A stretch of 64,000 nt of DNA. Source: Octopus bimaculoides (taxonomy: Eukaryota). A program made the position numbers and the translations under genes. Shown one piece after another: positions 1 to 55,815 of this stretch. The stretch spans positions 184,133,510 to 184,197,509 of the forward strand of contig NC_068982.1 in NCBI RefSeq assembly GCF_001194135.2, in the 5' to 3' direction. Positions within the stretch are counted from its first letter, which is position 1. Each line of letters starts with the position of its first letter. The notes beneath the pieces were generated by a model, which saw nothing but the letters and a program-made list of their open reading frames with translations, was not told the DNA's origin and did no database searches.

Positions 1-470
1 CTCTATTACAACTATCAAACTTTTACAACATGAATAGTCCCAAGACCAAGGACTCTACCATGATTTTTAAGAAATATGGTGGAAAACTAGCTCAGGAAGG
101 CAGGGATACTACTCCCTGAGACCCCTTTCAGAGCTCCCCTACCTAATGGCTTTTTGATGATTTTAGAAATGTAGTTCACCCAGTGCAGACCATTGTTGAC
201 CAATAGACTTCTTACAGTGGGTGTTGTGATGGGAGTAGATAAATTTGAGGTTTTTTCCTCCCAAAATGTATAGTGGTGCACTGTGTCCAGGTTAGATTGC
301 AGGAAAGATCTATAGAGTATAAATTCCATTCTCTTTTTGTTTTTTCCTCAAAGACAGCTTAATGCCCTCTGCATATTTTAACACAATAATGTGCTTCAAG
401 TAGCCTTTATTACATTAATGTATGCAATAAACAACAGGGGACCTAAAAGAGATCCCTGCAGAGATACCTT
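1..470 (-). mobile_element. Degraded CR1/L2-type LINE reverse transcriptase fragment
   Basis: Minus strand reads VSLQGSLLGPLLFIAYIN, then after a stop/frameshift LKYAEGIKL (decayed YADD), then LQSNLDTVHH. Confidence 0.7.
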
Positions 471-1094
471 ACCTCAAACAAGATAAGGTAGTGAACGCTG
501 GAAGAAGATTCTTTGATAAGAGAAAAGATAGGAGAGGAGACAGATAAGAATGCGTCTGGACTGCACAAGAGACTGGAGGAAAATAAAGATGATCACGTGA
601 GGAAAGGAAAGATGGACGATGGTCATGTGTGAGCAACGAGAGAGAGAGTAAAGGAGGAAGAGGGAAAGAGAGAGAGATAGACAGACAGATAGAAAACAGT
701 GAAGGGGAGACAAAAAGAATTAGAGAAAGGATGAGAGAGAAAACGAAAGGGAGAGAGGTGGGGACGATGATGATGATGATATATATATATACATATGATA
801 TACATACAGGCATCATGTATACACACTGGCAACATTTATACATTCATACCTATATACACAGGCAAAATGTACAACATGTATACATATGTACACACACACA
901 GGCAGCCTGTATACGTACCTATACACATAGGCATCCTGTATACATCCTGTATGCACAAGGCAACATCTATGCATACCTGTACACACGCAGACAACACATG
1001 TAGCATATTTATACACACTTATGCACATACACACAATCAAGTTCTTGGCTCTCGCAACCTAATCAGTCACCATTCTCCTCTTTCATTCTGCCAG

Positions 1095-44153
<43,059 letters not shown>

Positions 44154-44364
44154 AGCATGACCCATGGCATTGTGGCTATCTTCATTCTAGCTGCTTCTGC
44201 TGGAGCATCTGTCAGGGATTAACAATTGTTAATGAGAGTATAAGTCCTCTCTGTCTCTCTCAGTCTGTGTGTATGAGTGTGTTTCTATGCATGAACATGT
44301 ATGTCAGTGTGTGTTTATGATGTGTGACTGTATATATTTGTGTCTGTATCTGAGAGTGTTATTA

Positions 44365-44370
44365 AATAAA
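44365..44370 (+). promoter_or_regulatory. Candidate polyadenylation signal of INTS5
   Basis: AATAAA about 210 nt after the stop, followed by a GT/T-rich tract (ctttgtgtatctatgtattttt). Confidence 0.55.
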
Positions 44371-44433
44371 CTTTGTGTATCTATGTATTTTTTAATTCTC
44401 TTTATTATGCATTTATATAAGTATAACTATATA

Positions 44434-44653
44434 TGAGGGGGGCACTGAAAAGTTCCTGGCTTTGAGTAAAAGAAGATACATGAGGATCAGTTAATTATGA
44501 TTTTTATTTAACATAATCGCTTCTCAGATTCACACACTTATTGCAGTGGTCCTTTAGTTTTTCTAAGCCCTGTAAAAGAGCTTGGACGGTTGGGCCTCCA
44601 AACCAGGCCTTTCATGATACCCCTAAAGCCAGGAACTTTTCAGCACCCCCTCC
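44434..44653. mobile_element. Tc1/mariner-type MITE (220 bp); left-end fragment also at 50394-50440
   Basis: About 30-bp TIR gaggggggcactgaaaagttcctggcttt / aaagccaggaacttttcagcaccccctc, with TA on both sides. Confidence 0.88.
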
Positions 44654-45847
44654 TATGTGTGTGTGTGTGTATGTATTTATTAGAAGGAGACCTACTGCAT
44701 GTGTTTAGATGGGCTATTTAATTACATTGACCCCAGTATTTGGACTGGTACTTCATTTTATTGACCGTGAAAAGATGGAAGGCAAAGTTGAGCTCAGACC
44801 ATTAAGTCAGAAGACATGTTGCTAAGCATTGTGTCTGTTGCACTAACGATTCTGACAGCTTGTCGCCTTAATAGTAAGTGATGGTGGTGATCCAAGAATG
44901 GTAGAAAGGTAAAACATCTGACAGTATTTAGTGTTATTCTGCTATGATCAAATCCATTCTTATATCTTAATCAGGAATTTCATTTACAGAATGGATGTAA
45001 TGGTGATATGGGGAGGAGAGTGGACTAGGGTTCCACTGAGAGTGGGGTTTGTCCATCCCCACAGCTGGGGCCGACAACTAGAGTAACTGGTCTTGTCACA
45101 CAGTCAACAGTAGCCTGAGATTGACTAAAGGAGTGTATTCTCTATCTCCCTAATTTGACTGTGCTAGGAGACTGACCACCAGAAAGGATTCTCCATCTCT
45201 GTTGCTAGACTGAGGCTTGAGGTTAACTACTGGAGTGTATTCTCTTGGCCAGCAGCTGGACTGTGGCCAGTGACTGACTACTGGCTGGTTCTCCAATCCT
45301 ACACTAAAAGTTGAACTCAGTACTACAATGCAACAAGCCATTTGTCATTTACAGCTAGGTGGACTGGAAACATTTGAGAAGTAAGAGTATTTGGCCTCTA
45401 AAATACTGTAGTTGGTATGGCATGAAGTTTAGATTAAACTGGGGCTGTTACCACTCAACTACACATCCACCACAACAACAACAACATTCATCTATCAACA
45501 AATAATTTGATGGGAAATCATGTGTAAGTTAAGAGAAGTCGTTGTTGGATACTCTAGCTGAGAAATCTTGTGGATGTCCAGAATGTGTGATAGATTGTTG
45601 TAGACGTCAATAACAAGAATCAGAATTAAAATCCAATATTAAAGAAGGTGAGTATTAACATGATGAGAGTCAAGTGGACTGAGCCAATGTTGGTGTTGAT
45701 GTTGGAAGCAGATACACACATACACATATGTCTACAATCAGAGGTCATTTAGAGATCACTGAAAATATTTGTTGGTGCATCCATGGAATAATACCAGTTA
45801 AACTGACAACAACAATGAGGATTGGTGATGATGATAATGATGGCAAC

Positions 45848-45989
45848 CAGGGGTGGACTGAGCCATCGGTCACTCAGCCACTGCCCGAGGGGCCCGTGCT
45901 CTACATGTTAACTCTACTAAAACACACACTCAAAGGGGCCTGGTAAACGGTTAAGCACGAGGGCCCTGAATACTCTCACTCTGCCCCTG
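45848..45989. mobile_element. Small hAT-type MITE (142 bp)
   Basis: cagggtggactgag ... ctcactctgcccctg; perfect 8-bp TSD atggcaac at 45840-45847 and 45990-45997. Confidence 0.85.
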
Positions 45990-47526
45990 ATGGCAACACT
46001 TCAAGATGATGGCAGTGACAGCAGAGCCACGTCAGTGCCAAGAAGAAATAACAATATTGGTGGAGTAGCAAAGGGAGAAGTAGACCTAATGGTAGTAATG
46101 GTTGTTATTTAGTCCCAGATCGGTCCTGAATTAGTAGACCTACAGTCAAAAGTGTTCCATCTGTGACCCTTTCACCCCTTTTTTTGTCTGGTATATATAG
46201 TGCATATAGGACTACATTATTGAATATTTCCATTCTGAAAACACTTGGCTATTATTTGAGGAAGATTTAACTGCTGTTTCTAGCACATCAAATGACAACA
46301 TTAACTCATGGATTTCGTAAAGGATGGACCTGTTAGTACAGTAAGCAGACAGTTTCACCTCTATGAAAGACAAGTACTCTGTGTTCCCTTAGCAACGAGA
46401 GGGTCATGGTAGCATCATCATCATCATTGTTTAACATCTGTTTTCCATGCTGGCATGGGTTGGGCGGTTTGACTAGGGACTGGCAAGCCAGGAGGCTGCA
46501 CCAGGCTCCAATCTGATCTGGCAAGGTTTCTATAGCTGGATCCCCTTCCTAATGCCAACCACTCTGAGAGTGTAGTGGGTGTTTTTTATGTGCCACCAGC
46601 ACAGGAGCCAGTCAGGCAGCACTGGCATTGGCCACGTTTGGTAGCATGATATTAAATAAAATAAAAATTAATATTTTATAAATAATAGTTTCTAAAATTA
46701 ATCTAAGTTATAGGAATGTCTGAAATTTAATATATTATTTAGAAGAATTGATAATTTGTTTCAGATGTGAAAAGAGGTTTTCAGTAGATAATCACCATAT
46801 TCATTCTATCTCAGTACACCGACTCTTTATTCCCTCAGTCCACCAAACACCAACATACTATATTCTGGTACATCACATGCTGGTTTACTTCACAGGCCTT
46901 AGCACACACCGTATATCCCACCCTGGTACAACTCAACTTATTACAGACTGACAGAAAAATAAATAAATAGATGGAGAGAGAGAGAGAGAGCGAAACTAGA
47001 AATGGAAAGATACAAGTTTAGTGATTGACAGATAGATATTACTACACATACATGTGTGTGTGTATGCATGAGTATGTGTGCATGTGTGTATACACACACA
47101 CACTCATATAGTTTATAGAATTAGACAGAAGCTCGACAAAAGACCAAACGGAAAATTCACGCACAAAACATGGACGTGCTCATTCCTCGTTAGTTATTGT
47201 CCATAAATCATTACAATTTCACATATATTTGTGTTAATATATGTGTGTACACGCACATACATACATATACAGGGATTCGAACCCCAACTACAAGATATTC
47301 AGTTCGGGATCACCAGTGAGCCACCACATCAGCCAATCTATGGCATGAAATGGTTCCTTGGATGATCTAAAATTTGGCCTCTTTTTATCGTATAAAAAAA
47401 CGTTTGGTGCTTAACTCATCCAGACGAACTCGGCAGATCGCTAACACAAAATGGCCTCGGGCATTCACATAGGCCAACTTGGGTATTCACAGAAGGCAGA
47501 CCGTTAAGACCTGACGACCTATATAT

Positions 47527-48266
47527 CATCATCATCATTGTTTAACGTCCGTTTTTCATGCTAGCATGGGTTGGACGATTTGATTGAGGACTGGCGAACC
47601 GGATGGCTACACCAGGCTCCAATCTGATCTGGCAGAGTTTTTACAGCTGGATGCCTTCCTAACGGCAACCACTCCGAGAGTGTCATGGGTGCTTTTACGT
47701 GCCACTGGCACGAGGGCCAATCTGGCGGTACTGGCAACAGCCATGCTCAAATGATGTTTTTTACATGCCACCTGCATGGGAGACAGTCCAGCGGCTCTAG
47801 CAACGACCTCACTTGAATGTCTTTTCACATGCCACCAGCATGGAAGCCAGTCAGCTGCTCTGGCAATGGTCACACTTGGACGGTGCTGTTAGCGCTCCAA
47901 TGGTACGGGTGCCAGTCATCGAATTTGGTTCAATTTCGATGTCGATTTCACTTGCCCCAACAGGTCTTCGCAAGCAGAGTTTAGTATCCAATGAAGGAAA
48001 GGTACGCATAAGTGGGCTGGCTACACCCCTGGCAAAGGCTACGGGTTATGGTCTCAGTTGGCTTGCCAGGTCTTCTCACGCACAGCATATTTCCAAAGGT
48101 CTCAGTCACTAGTCATTGCCTTGGTGAGGCTTAATGTTCGAGGGTCGTGCTTCACCACCTCATCCCAGGTCTTCCTGGGTTTACTTCTTCCACAGGCTTC
48201 CTCAACCGCTGCTAGGGTCTGGGACTTTTTCACACAGCTATCCTCATCCATTCTCGCCACATGACC
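47527..48266 (-). mobile_element. 5'-truncated RTE-clade LINE: ORF2 C-terminus plus about 530-nt 3' UTR
   Basis: 48266-48054 reads GHVARMDEDSCVKK...GRSKPRKTWDEVVKHDPRTLSLTKAMTSD*DLWKYAVREKTWQAN*, matching the RTE GHVxRM...RPxKxW...DRxxW pattern. Confidence 0.88.
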
Positions 48267-48586
48267 ATACCAGCATATATATATACATTCTTTTATTTGT
48301 TTCAGTCATTTCACTGCGGCCATGCTGGAGCACTGCCTTTAGTCGAACAGATCAACCCCAGGACTTATTCTATCAGTCTGTTTTGCTGAACAGCTAAGTT
48401 ACAGGGACGAAAGCACACCAACACCGGTTGACAAGCGATGGTGGTGGGGACAAACACAGACACAGACACACAAACACAGACACACAGACACACACATATA
48501 CACGACAGGTTTCTTTAAGTTTCCATCTACCAAATCCACTCACAAAGCTTTGGTCGGCCTGAGGCTATAGTAAAAAAAATACGATC

Positions 48587-48870
48587 GGCTCACGATCGTA
48601 TGATCGTGAGTTCAATTCCCGGTGATGCGTTGTGTCCTTGAGCAAGACACTTTATTTCACACTGCTCCAGTCCACTCAGCTGGCAAAAATGAGTAGTACC
48701 TGTATTTCAAAATGCTCAGCCTGGTCACACTCACGCTGAATCTCCCTGAGAACTATGTAAATGGTACGTGTGTCTGTGGCGTGCTGAGCAACATGCACGT
48801 TAATTTCAGGAGCAGGCTGTTCCGTTGATCGGATCGACTGGAACCCTCGTCGTCGTATCCGACGGAGTAC
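48587..48870 (+). mobile_element. SINE with CORE-like block and family D 3' half
   Basis: B box gagttcaattccc; 3' half about 80% like 6530-6700 by eye. Confidence 0.75.
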
Positions 48871-51446
48871 CAGTTTTATTATACTGTATATATGTGGCTA
48901 CACACACACACACACATATATAATCTTACTCTTTTACTGATTTCAGTCATTGTATCACGGCCATACTGGAGCACCACACACACACACACACACAGTGAAG
49001 ACCATATGGTAAAATAATTCATAGAAGTGAGTGAGCGCGAAATGTTGTTTTACTCCCACCTAAAATAGTGTTTTACTACCAAAAGAGATAAGGTGCATAA
49101 AAGTGTTCTATACAAGTGTAATTTCTCTTAAATGAAATAACGAGTGTGAGAATGTATGTATATGAGTATGTGGAGATGTGTGTGTCTGTGTGAACATATT
49201 ACTTAAGTAAGACATAGTGATAATTATTCCCATTTGTCCGAGTTATTTTAAGACGGCAGATAAGATATTCTTCATGGTGTAAGCGAGGCTCGGTGATCTA
49301 CAGATCAACAACGCCTCTGCCTGTGGGATGCAAGTAGGCATGAAAAAAATGAAATAGTCATGCTATAGATCGGAGTGATCCTGTGTTGTTATGTCGGAAG
49401 TCTACGAAACGAGCTCCCAGTCTTCGATCGGTTTTCTCAAGATACTGTAAGCCAAAAAGCCAACATTTAATGCGGTGAATAGTGTTCTTGAAAGTATATG
49501 GTGATTAAAATTTATATTACGTTATTCATAAAGTGGTGTGTTGTAAATGAAATTAGATATACTGAGAGGTCATAGGTAAAAGCATATATAATTACGATGA
49601 GTACTACGTTCACTTTCTGAAAAAGCCAGGCATTTCAACAGAAATCTCAGGTTTTAGATCTGAAGTTCTAAAATTTCTGATTAGCAGAAATATTCGTTTT
49701 GCCATTATTTTCAGGAATAAACCTAGTTGTGTCTATGAAGTATGAATATACACTCACTGTTCGTAGTTTTTATCTAAGACCTCAAGCCAGTCACTCCAAA
49801 GACAGAGAAGGAGTGACTTCTTTAAAAATGTGAAGTTTTTTTTTTTTATTGTAAGAGAAAATAATCTGGAACCGTAAATTTCAATAAATTGCTCGCTTTT
49901 GTGACGAAGGTATTGGGTAATCTTCACAACTTTGTTTTAACTTTCCACCCCTTATCTAATTTCAATAACTTCATCCTTAAATAAACTTACATAATGATGT
50001 GTATTTCTAAGTCATTGTGAACTTGGTCAGTTAAATACAAGTTTTTTTCTTCTACTGCAAAACCGCTTTCAGCCGCAATAGATGTAAAAGTGCAAAGACG
50101 AAAATCTTTTTCTTCAAAAGACTCTAAGTAACATGTTATCCCCATTTTTTACCTACTCTCTTTTTCACTTGTGTTATATATGTTAAACTTTCCTTACGAA
50201 TACGTACACCAATACATTTCCAGTTAAACTATCATATAAAAACATTTATATTCTGTGGAAACGCATTTTTATAGTTTTATTTTCATACACAATAAATTCA
50301 TAAAATAAAACTATTTTCTCTTTAAGTTAAATTTGTTTTAATTACACAAAAAATATATATGTATATAAAAGTTGGCTCATTTACACACACACGCGAAGGG
50401 GTTCTGAAAAGTTCCTGACTTTGGGTAAAAGAAAATACGGACGGCTCTCTGTTGGTTTCAATAAAAGTTAGTTGTTCGATCAACTCGGTAGCAGAGTATT
50501 TCAGCTTCCTTTACCTTTAAAGTAATTCTTTAATGACATTCGACGCAGTGGGATCGAACCCAGAATTTCGTGGGTATAAAACGAAATTTTTCACCATTAG
50601 ACCATGTGCATCTACGCACTCACACTCACACGTACATTGCTCACTGTCGAAGGAATCAGAAAGGAGTGTTCAATATATGCAGAGGACATTGTTGTTTACT
50701 TTTTTTCTTTTTAAGCTGAAGCTGAGGGCTAGTCTTGCGACTCGAGTTTCACGTCACTGCGATCTTCAGGCGAACAGTTTCCTGAAACTTGAGTCGCGAG
50801 ACAAGCTCTCGGTTTCATTTTTAATAAAATGTGTGCGTGCGTGTGTGTGACTGAGTATGCGTGGATGTGTTTGTTAAAACATCGATTGACATACGCTTAC
50901 CTACACGCACACATGCGCATACATATGTAAGTGTGTGTGTAGAAGCATAAATCAGTCGATGTTCTAACATGTATATGTCCATATATACCAATTTATATAT
51001 GTACAAACCAGACTTCATACTACTCAGACTAAAATGTGTGTTTGTAACCCTCAATAATGTTTCTTCTTCTGTAAAGGTTAAAGATGTACAAAGCCAATAT
51101 TATGTTATAAATTATGAATACCAAACACATATTCACCACCAGAAATATTTCATACTCGTACAACATGACATTCATATAATTATATTTAGTGAAAATACTT
51201 CGACGCAGATAGTAGAATAAAGACTGGATATTTGTAGCTTTGAAGTGCAAATGTCAAGTTAGAAGAGTAACTAAAATTTCCAAGGACAGAGGAACAGATA
51301 TCTTCAGAAATTTGCGAATAAATTGGTCGACGTTGATTTGCCAGAATCTTTGGGTTTATAACCCCAAAGTTTGCTATTTTGCTGCAAGGGTAAATAAGTT
51401 GTAATCATATTCAAAATTAGATTCGAGAAGCAGAAATGTAAGAGTG

Positions 51447-51489
<43 letters not shown>

Positions 51490-52002
51490 ATATGTGTGTG
51501 CGTGCGTGCACGAGTGCGTATTATTGTTTGTCATATCAAGTTATATATAGAAACAATTCAACATCAAACTGAAAGATTAGTTGCTAGTTTTTAGCAGAGT
51601 GCATATTTATCAACTTTTACTATGAAAAAATTGACAGTGACTTCGATGTTTCGGCTGGCTTGCCTTCATCAGACTCTGCTTTACTTGGGTCCTTTTTGAC
51701 TTTATAAAGCACAAAAGAAGCCCCAGTAAAGCACGGTTTCGTGAAAGCAAACAAGTCAAAATATTTCGAAGTAACTCTCAATCTTTTCCTTATAAGATTA
51801 ATAAATACAGGTGTGTGGTGTGNNNNNNNNNNNNNNNNNNNNNNNNNNNNNNNNNNNNNNNNNNNNNNNNNNNNNNNNNNNNNNNNNNNNNNNNNNNNNN
51901 NNNNNNNNNNNNNNNNNNNNNNNNNNNNNNNNNNNNNNNNNNNNNNNNNNNNNNNNNNNNNNNNNNNNNNNNNNNNNNNNNNNNNNNNNNNNNNNNNNNN
52001 NN

Positions 52003-52041
<39 letters not shown>

Positions 52042-53189
52042 TGTGGTTTGAATCAGCATAAAATAACTATAAAGAACCCTTTACAAAGTTGAGTAATTAT
52101 GCTATAGAATACAGCTTAAGGGATGAACAATTTGCTACTTCAAGTTTCACCAAATGAATAACATGCTAAATTACAGGATACTAAGTTGGCTTCAACGATA
52201 TTTGATCTCAAGACATAACAGGAAGGAATACTGCAAGTCATTGAATTCAACGCTCTAACGATTCTACCAATAATCTATGAGTGCGAGGAAAAATCAAGGT
52301 CAAACATTCAATTTTTGATTTCATAGTTTTTTTTTTTAATATTATAAGTTGGAAAGGAAATCTTTTTCCAAAAATACAAGCTACAGATACAAATACTTAT
52401 AAGATTCATCCTAAATACAAACATAGACACACATATATATGCATACATATATACATACATGCATATACACGTACATATACACATATGCATACACATATAT
52501 ATTCATATATATATATATATATATATGTATATATGCTAAAGTCAGCATTAAAATTCCTTAATCTTTATTAGAAATAAAAATAAATGCTAATGATTTTCGC
52601 AGGTCCGATATGATTTCGATTCAACTGTAGGATGCTCTGTTGTGGGGCTGGTTTGAAGAGTGAAATACGTTTGGACGAAGCGGGAATGAGGTGTGAGATT
52701 GCGGTGGAATATGTGAGAGGGTGAATGAAAATATACTAACAAATTTTATTGCACGCAGCAGGAATTGAAATCGGAACCTTGTTGAAAATAATACCAAACG
52801 GATGTTAAGTTTAGAATCTTATATGCTTGGAGGGGTCCTGGGTACAATTAATTAATACCTTGTTAATAGATTTTTGCTTTACAAACATTACCACACCCTA
52901 TAGCATGCCTTGTTGCTTATTATTGCGCTCATGAATTCACGGCACAACTCCCGAATCTATCCATATACTTAAACTTTAACCCATAAAGTTTAACCACATC
53001 CTTAAAGTAGAATACGAACTTATACTCCAATTATTTCAATCATCACCACATCATCGTTGATACGTATATATCAATAATGATGAATGAGAGATTGGCCAGT
53101 TGGAAAACGATATTATTGTTCACCAGTTGCGTTATGAAGAATAGAAAATATTATTGATCCGGCATACGCAATAGAGTTAGTATCTAATT

Positions 53190-53411
53190 CTTTTCTATTC
53201 TAGGCACAAAGCCTGAAATTTTAGGGGGAGGGGGCCAGTCGATTAGATCGAACCCCAGCAGCACACAACTGGTACTTAATTTATCGACCTTCCCGAAAGG
53301 ATGAAAGGCAAAGTCGACCTCGGTGGAATTTGAACTCAGAATGAAAAGACAGACGAAATATTGCTAAGCATTTCGCCCGGCGTGCTAACGTTTCCGCCAG
53401 CTCGACGCCTT
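53190..53411 (-). mobile_element. Young family A SINE
   Basis: 16-bp TSD gagttagtat(c/t)taatt at 53174-53189 and 53412-53427. Confidence 0.9.
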
Positions 53412-53554
53412 GAGTTAGTATTTAATTGAAATAACCATGCATACAGCTTACTTAATACATACACACTGTCGATAGACCAGTCATTGCAATATTTATCCCG
53501 AGATAGCATCATTTATGGACTTGCTGTGTTAAAAAGGCAATATATAAATATCAG

Positions 53555-53770
53555 TAAGGCGGTGAGCTGGCAGAATCGTTAGCACGCCGGGCGAAATGCT
53601 TAGCGGTATTTCGTCTGTCTTTACGTTATGAGTTCAAATTCCACGGAGATCGACTTTGCTTTTCACCCTTTCGGGGCCGATAAATTAAGAACCAGTTGCG
53701 TACTGGGGTCGATCTATTCGACTAGACTCCCTCCCCCAAAATTTCGTGCCTTGTACCTAGAGTAGAAAAG
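53555..53770 (+). mobile_element. Young family A SINE, head-to-head with the previous copy
   Basis: Perfect 16-bp TSD aatatataaatatcag at 53539-53554 and 53771-53786. Confidence 0.92.
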
Positions 53771-54719
53771 AATATATAAATATCAGAGAGTCGAAAATTC
53801 GTTCCACGAGCAGCCAGCGAGAGTGCTAGATGCATTTCGGCCTTAGAGGTACGAAACCTTACACTGGCACATATTCGCAGCCAGCCACGTGCCCGAACGT
53901 GGATATGTTAATTAAATGCTTCGTCAGGGGCGTATACCGGATTTTTATCAATCTGGAGGCTATTCTCAGCATCAATGAATGTTTCATTCAATTGTTCCGG
54001 TTACAGATAATGAATTCTCATTTGAGCATGTAGCTGACTACGAGTGCGCGCTATTGAAAAGGCCCTAAAACGCCGAAATGCATTGAGCGCTCTACTGTCC
54101 ACGACTGAGACGAATCTTTATCTCTCTGATATTTGTTATTTTTTAACGTGAGACGTTTTCTCATGCCAAATACTGCATACACTGGTCTATCGAAAGTATA
54201 TATACATTACGTTTGCTGTATATGTGGTTATTTAAAAATATTACTGCAATTTATTTTACCAAGCTCGTTGTGAGGAAATGGGTGATAGTTCGACTAGGTC
54301 TCGAAATCAGAAACATGATGTGACGAACTAAATACTTGACTTTTACGAGTGATCAATCAATGGTTTTAATTCGTAAATATAACGTTTGAAGTTTATAGAA
54401 AAGGAAGAGGGGAATAATGTAGGACGTTCAAGTAAAAAACGAATGGTCCAATTCGTGAATTGAAATTTTCAGTTGTGCACACAGTTCTTAAAGGAACTTC
54501 TGCTGCTAATCACAAGTCTTTCTCTCTCTCTGTCTCTCACTCTTTCCATATCAGTCTATCTTTCACATTCACACACACACACATACACACACACGCACGC
54601 ACGCACATACATACAAACCATCTCTCTCTCTCTCTCTCTCTCACTCTTTCCATATCAGTCTATCTTTCACACTCACACACACACATACACACACACGCAC
54701 GCACGCACGCACATACAAA

Positions 54720-54766
<47 letters not shown>

Positions 54767-55020
54767 TCCCAGTTTCTCACTCTTGTCTCTGTCTCTTTCA
54801 TAAAGACCAAATGACTTAGTATTCATACAGGGAAATGGTGCTGTGTTTTAAGGAAGTGCACTAATATTTTATTGACTATATGTTGTGTCATGTGTATATG
54901 AGTGACTGCGTGCATGTAATATGTGTGTGTATGGGGGGGGGTGTATGTGTGTTCATGTTTATATATATAACATACATACATACATACATACATACATACA
55001 TACATACATACATACATAGA

Positions 55021-55815
55021 ATACATGCCCAAAGAAGTCGCAGGAATCTACCGCGACGTATCATCAGATGAAAGGATGAGCCTATATGAGCAGAAGACCA
55101 TTCAGAGATATGTCAGTAGAAAGCTCTGTGATGATAGTAACATCGATCATCAAAGCAGTTTATCATGGACCAATAGTCGGATTACTCCCTCCCACTTTAA
55201 AGGGTATGCGTTTGCAATCCAGGAATAGGAAATACAACCAAGTACCTGATGCACAGAGGGGATAGAGATGCAGGAAAAGCCGTAAAATATGACAACCGAT
55301 GCAGACTTTGTGGAGTTCAAACTGAAGATTTCACATCATAAACAGTTGTCCGAAAATGTCATCACGGTATTATCTACCGATGAGACATGATGTTGTAGCT
55401 AGGACACTATATAATGAAACCCGTCGGAAGGATAATCCCGAGGACAAAGAAATATGGTAGAAGCCATAGCCACTCATATTAGAAACGAATACTGGTGGAA
55501 TGTACCAATGAAGACCTCAATAAAATGTAAGCACAACAGACCTGATATAATAATTCGGGATAGAGAAGAGAAATTGTGTACAGTTATGGAAATTAGCTGC
55601 CCAATAGATGTTCACATAAAGCTGAAGATCAGTGAAAAAGAGAACACCTATGCTGAACTATTGATTTATCTGCAGTTACTCTATCCAGATTACAAGTTCA
55701 GGTTTATAACTGTAATTATTGGGGCCCTGAGATATGTAACACACTGCCTAAATACAAATCTTGAGAAATTAGGCTTCTCAAAACCAGAAAGGAGAAAGAT
55801 GATTCCAAGACTACG
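55021..55815 (+). mobile_element. R4/Dong-like non-LTR retrotransposon 3' fragment (CCHC zinc knuckle plus restriction-like endonuclease), disrupted
   Basis: SHFKGYAFAIQE*EI, CRLCG...HIINSCPKMSSRYYLPMRHDVVA, HNRPDIII...EISCP...KISEKENTY...IIGAL; contains stops and frameshifts. Confidence 0.88.

Noticed and set aside
469-1094. Long ORFs over AG/TA/CA microsatellites (also about 10034-10640, 23879-24181, 27146-27850, 30201-30450, 32213-32748, 54460-54826 and 63348-63748)
   Set aside because: Low-complexity translations that lack stops only because of the repeats, and several run through N-gaps.
47270-47335. tRNA-like A/B boxes on the minus strand (tggctcactgg...ggttcgaatccc)
   Set aside because: Acceptor and anticodon stems do not form. 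Likely a SINE head or tRNA pseudogene relic.
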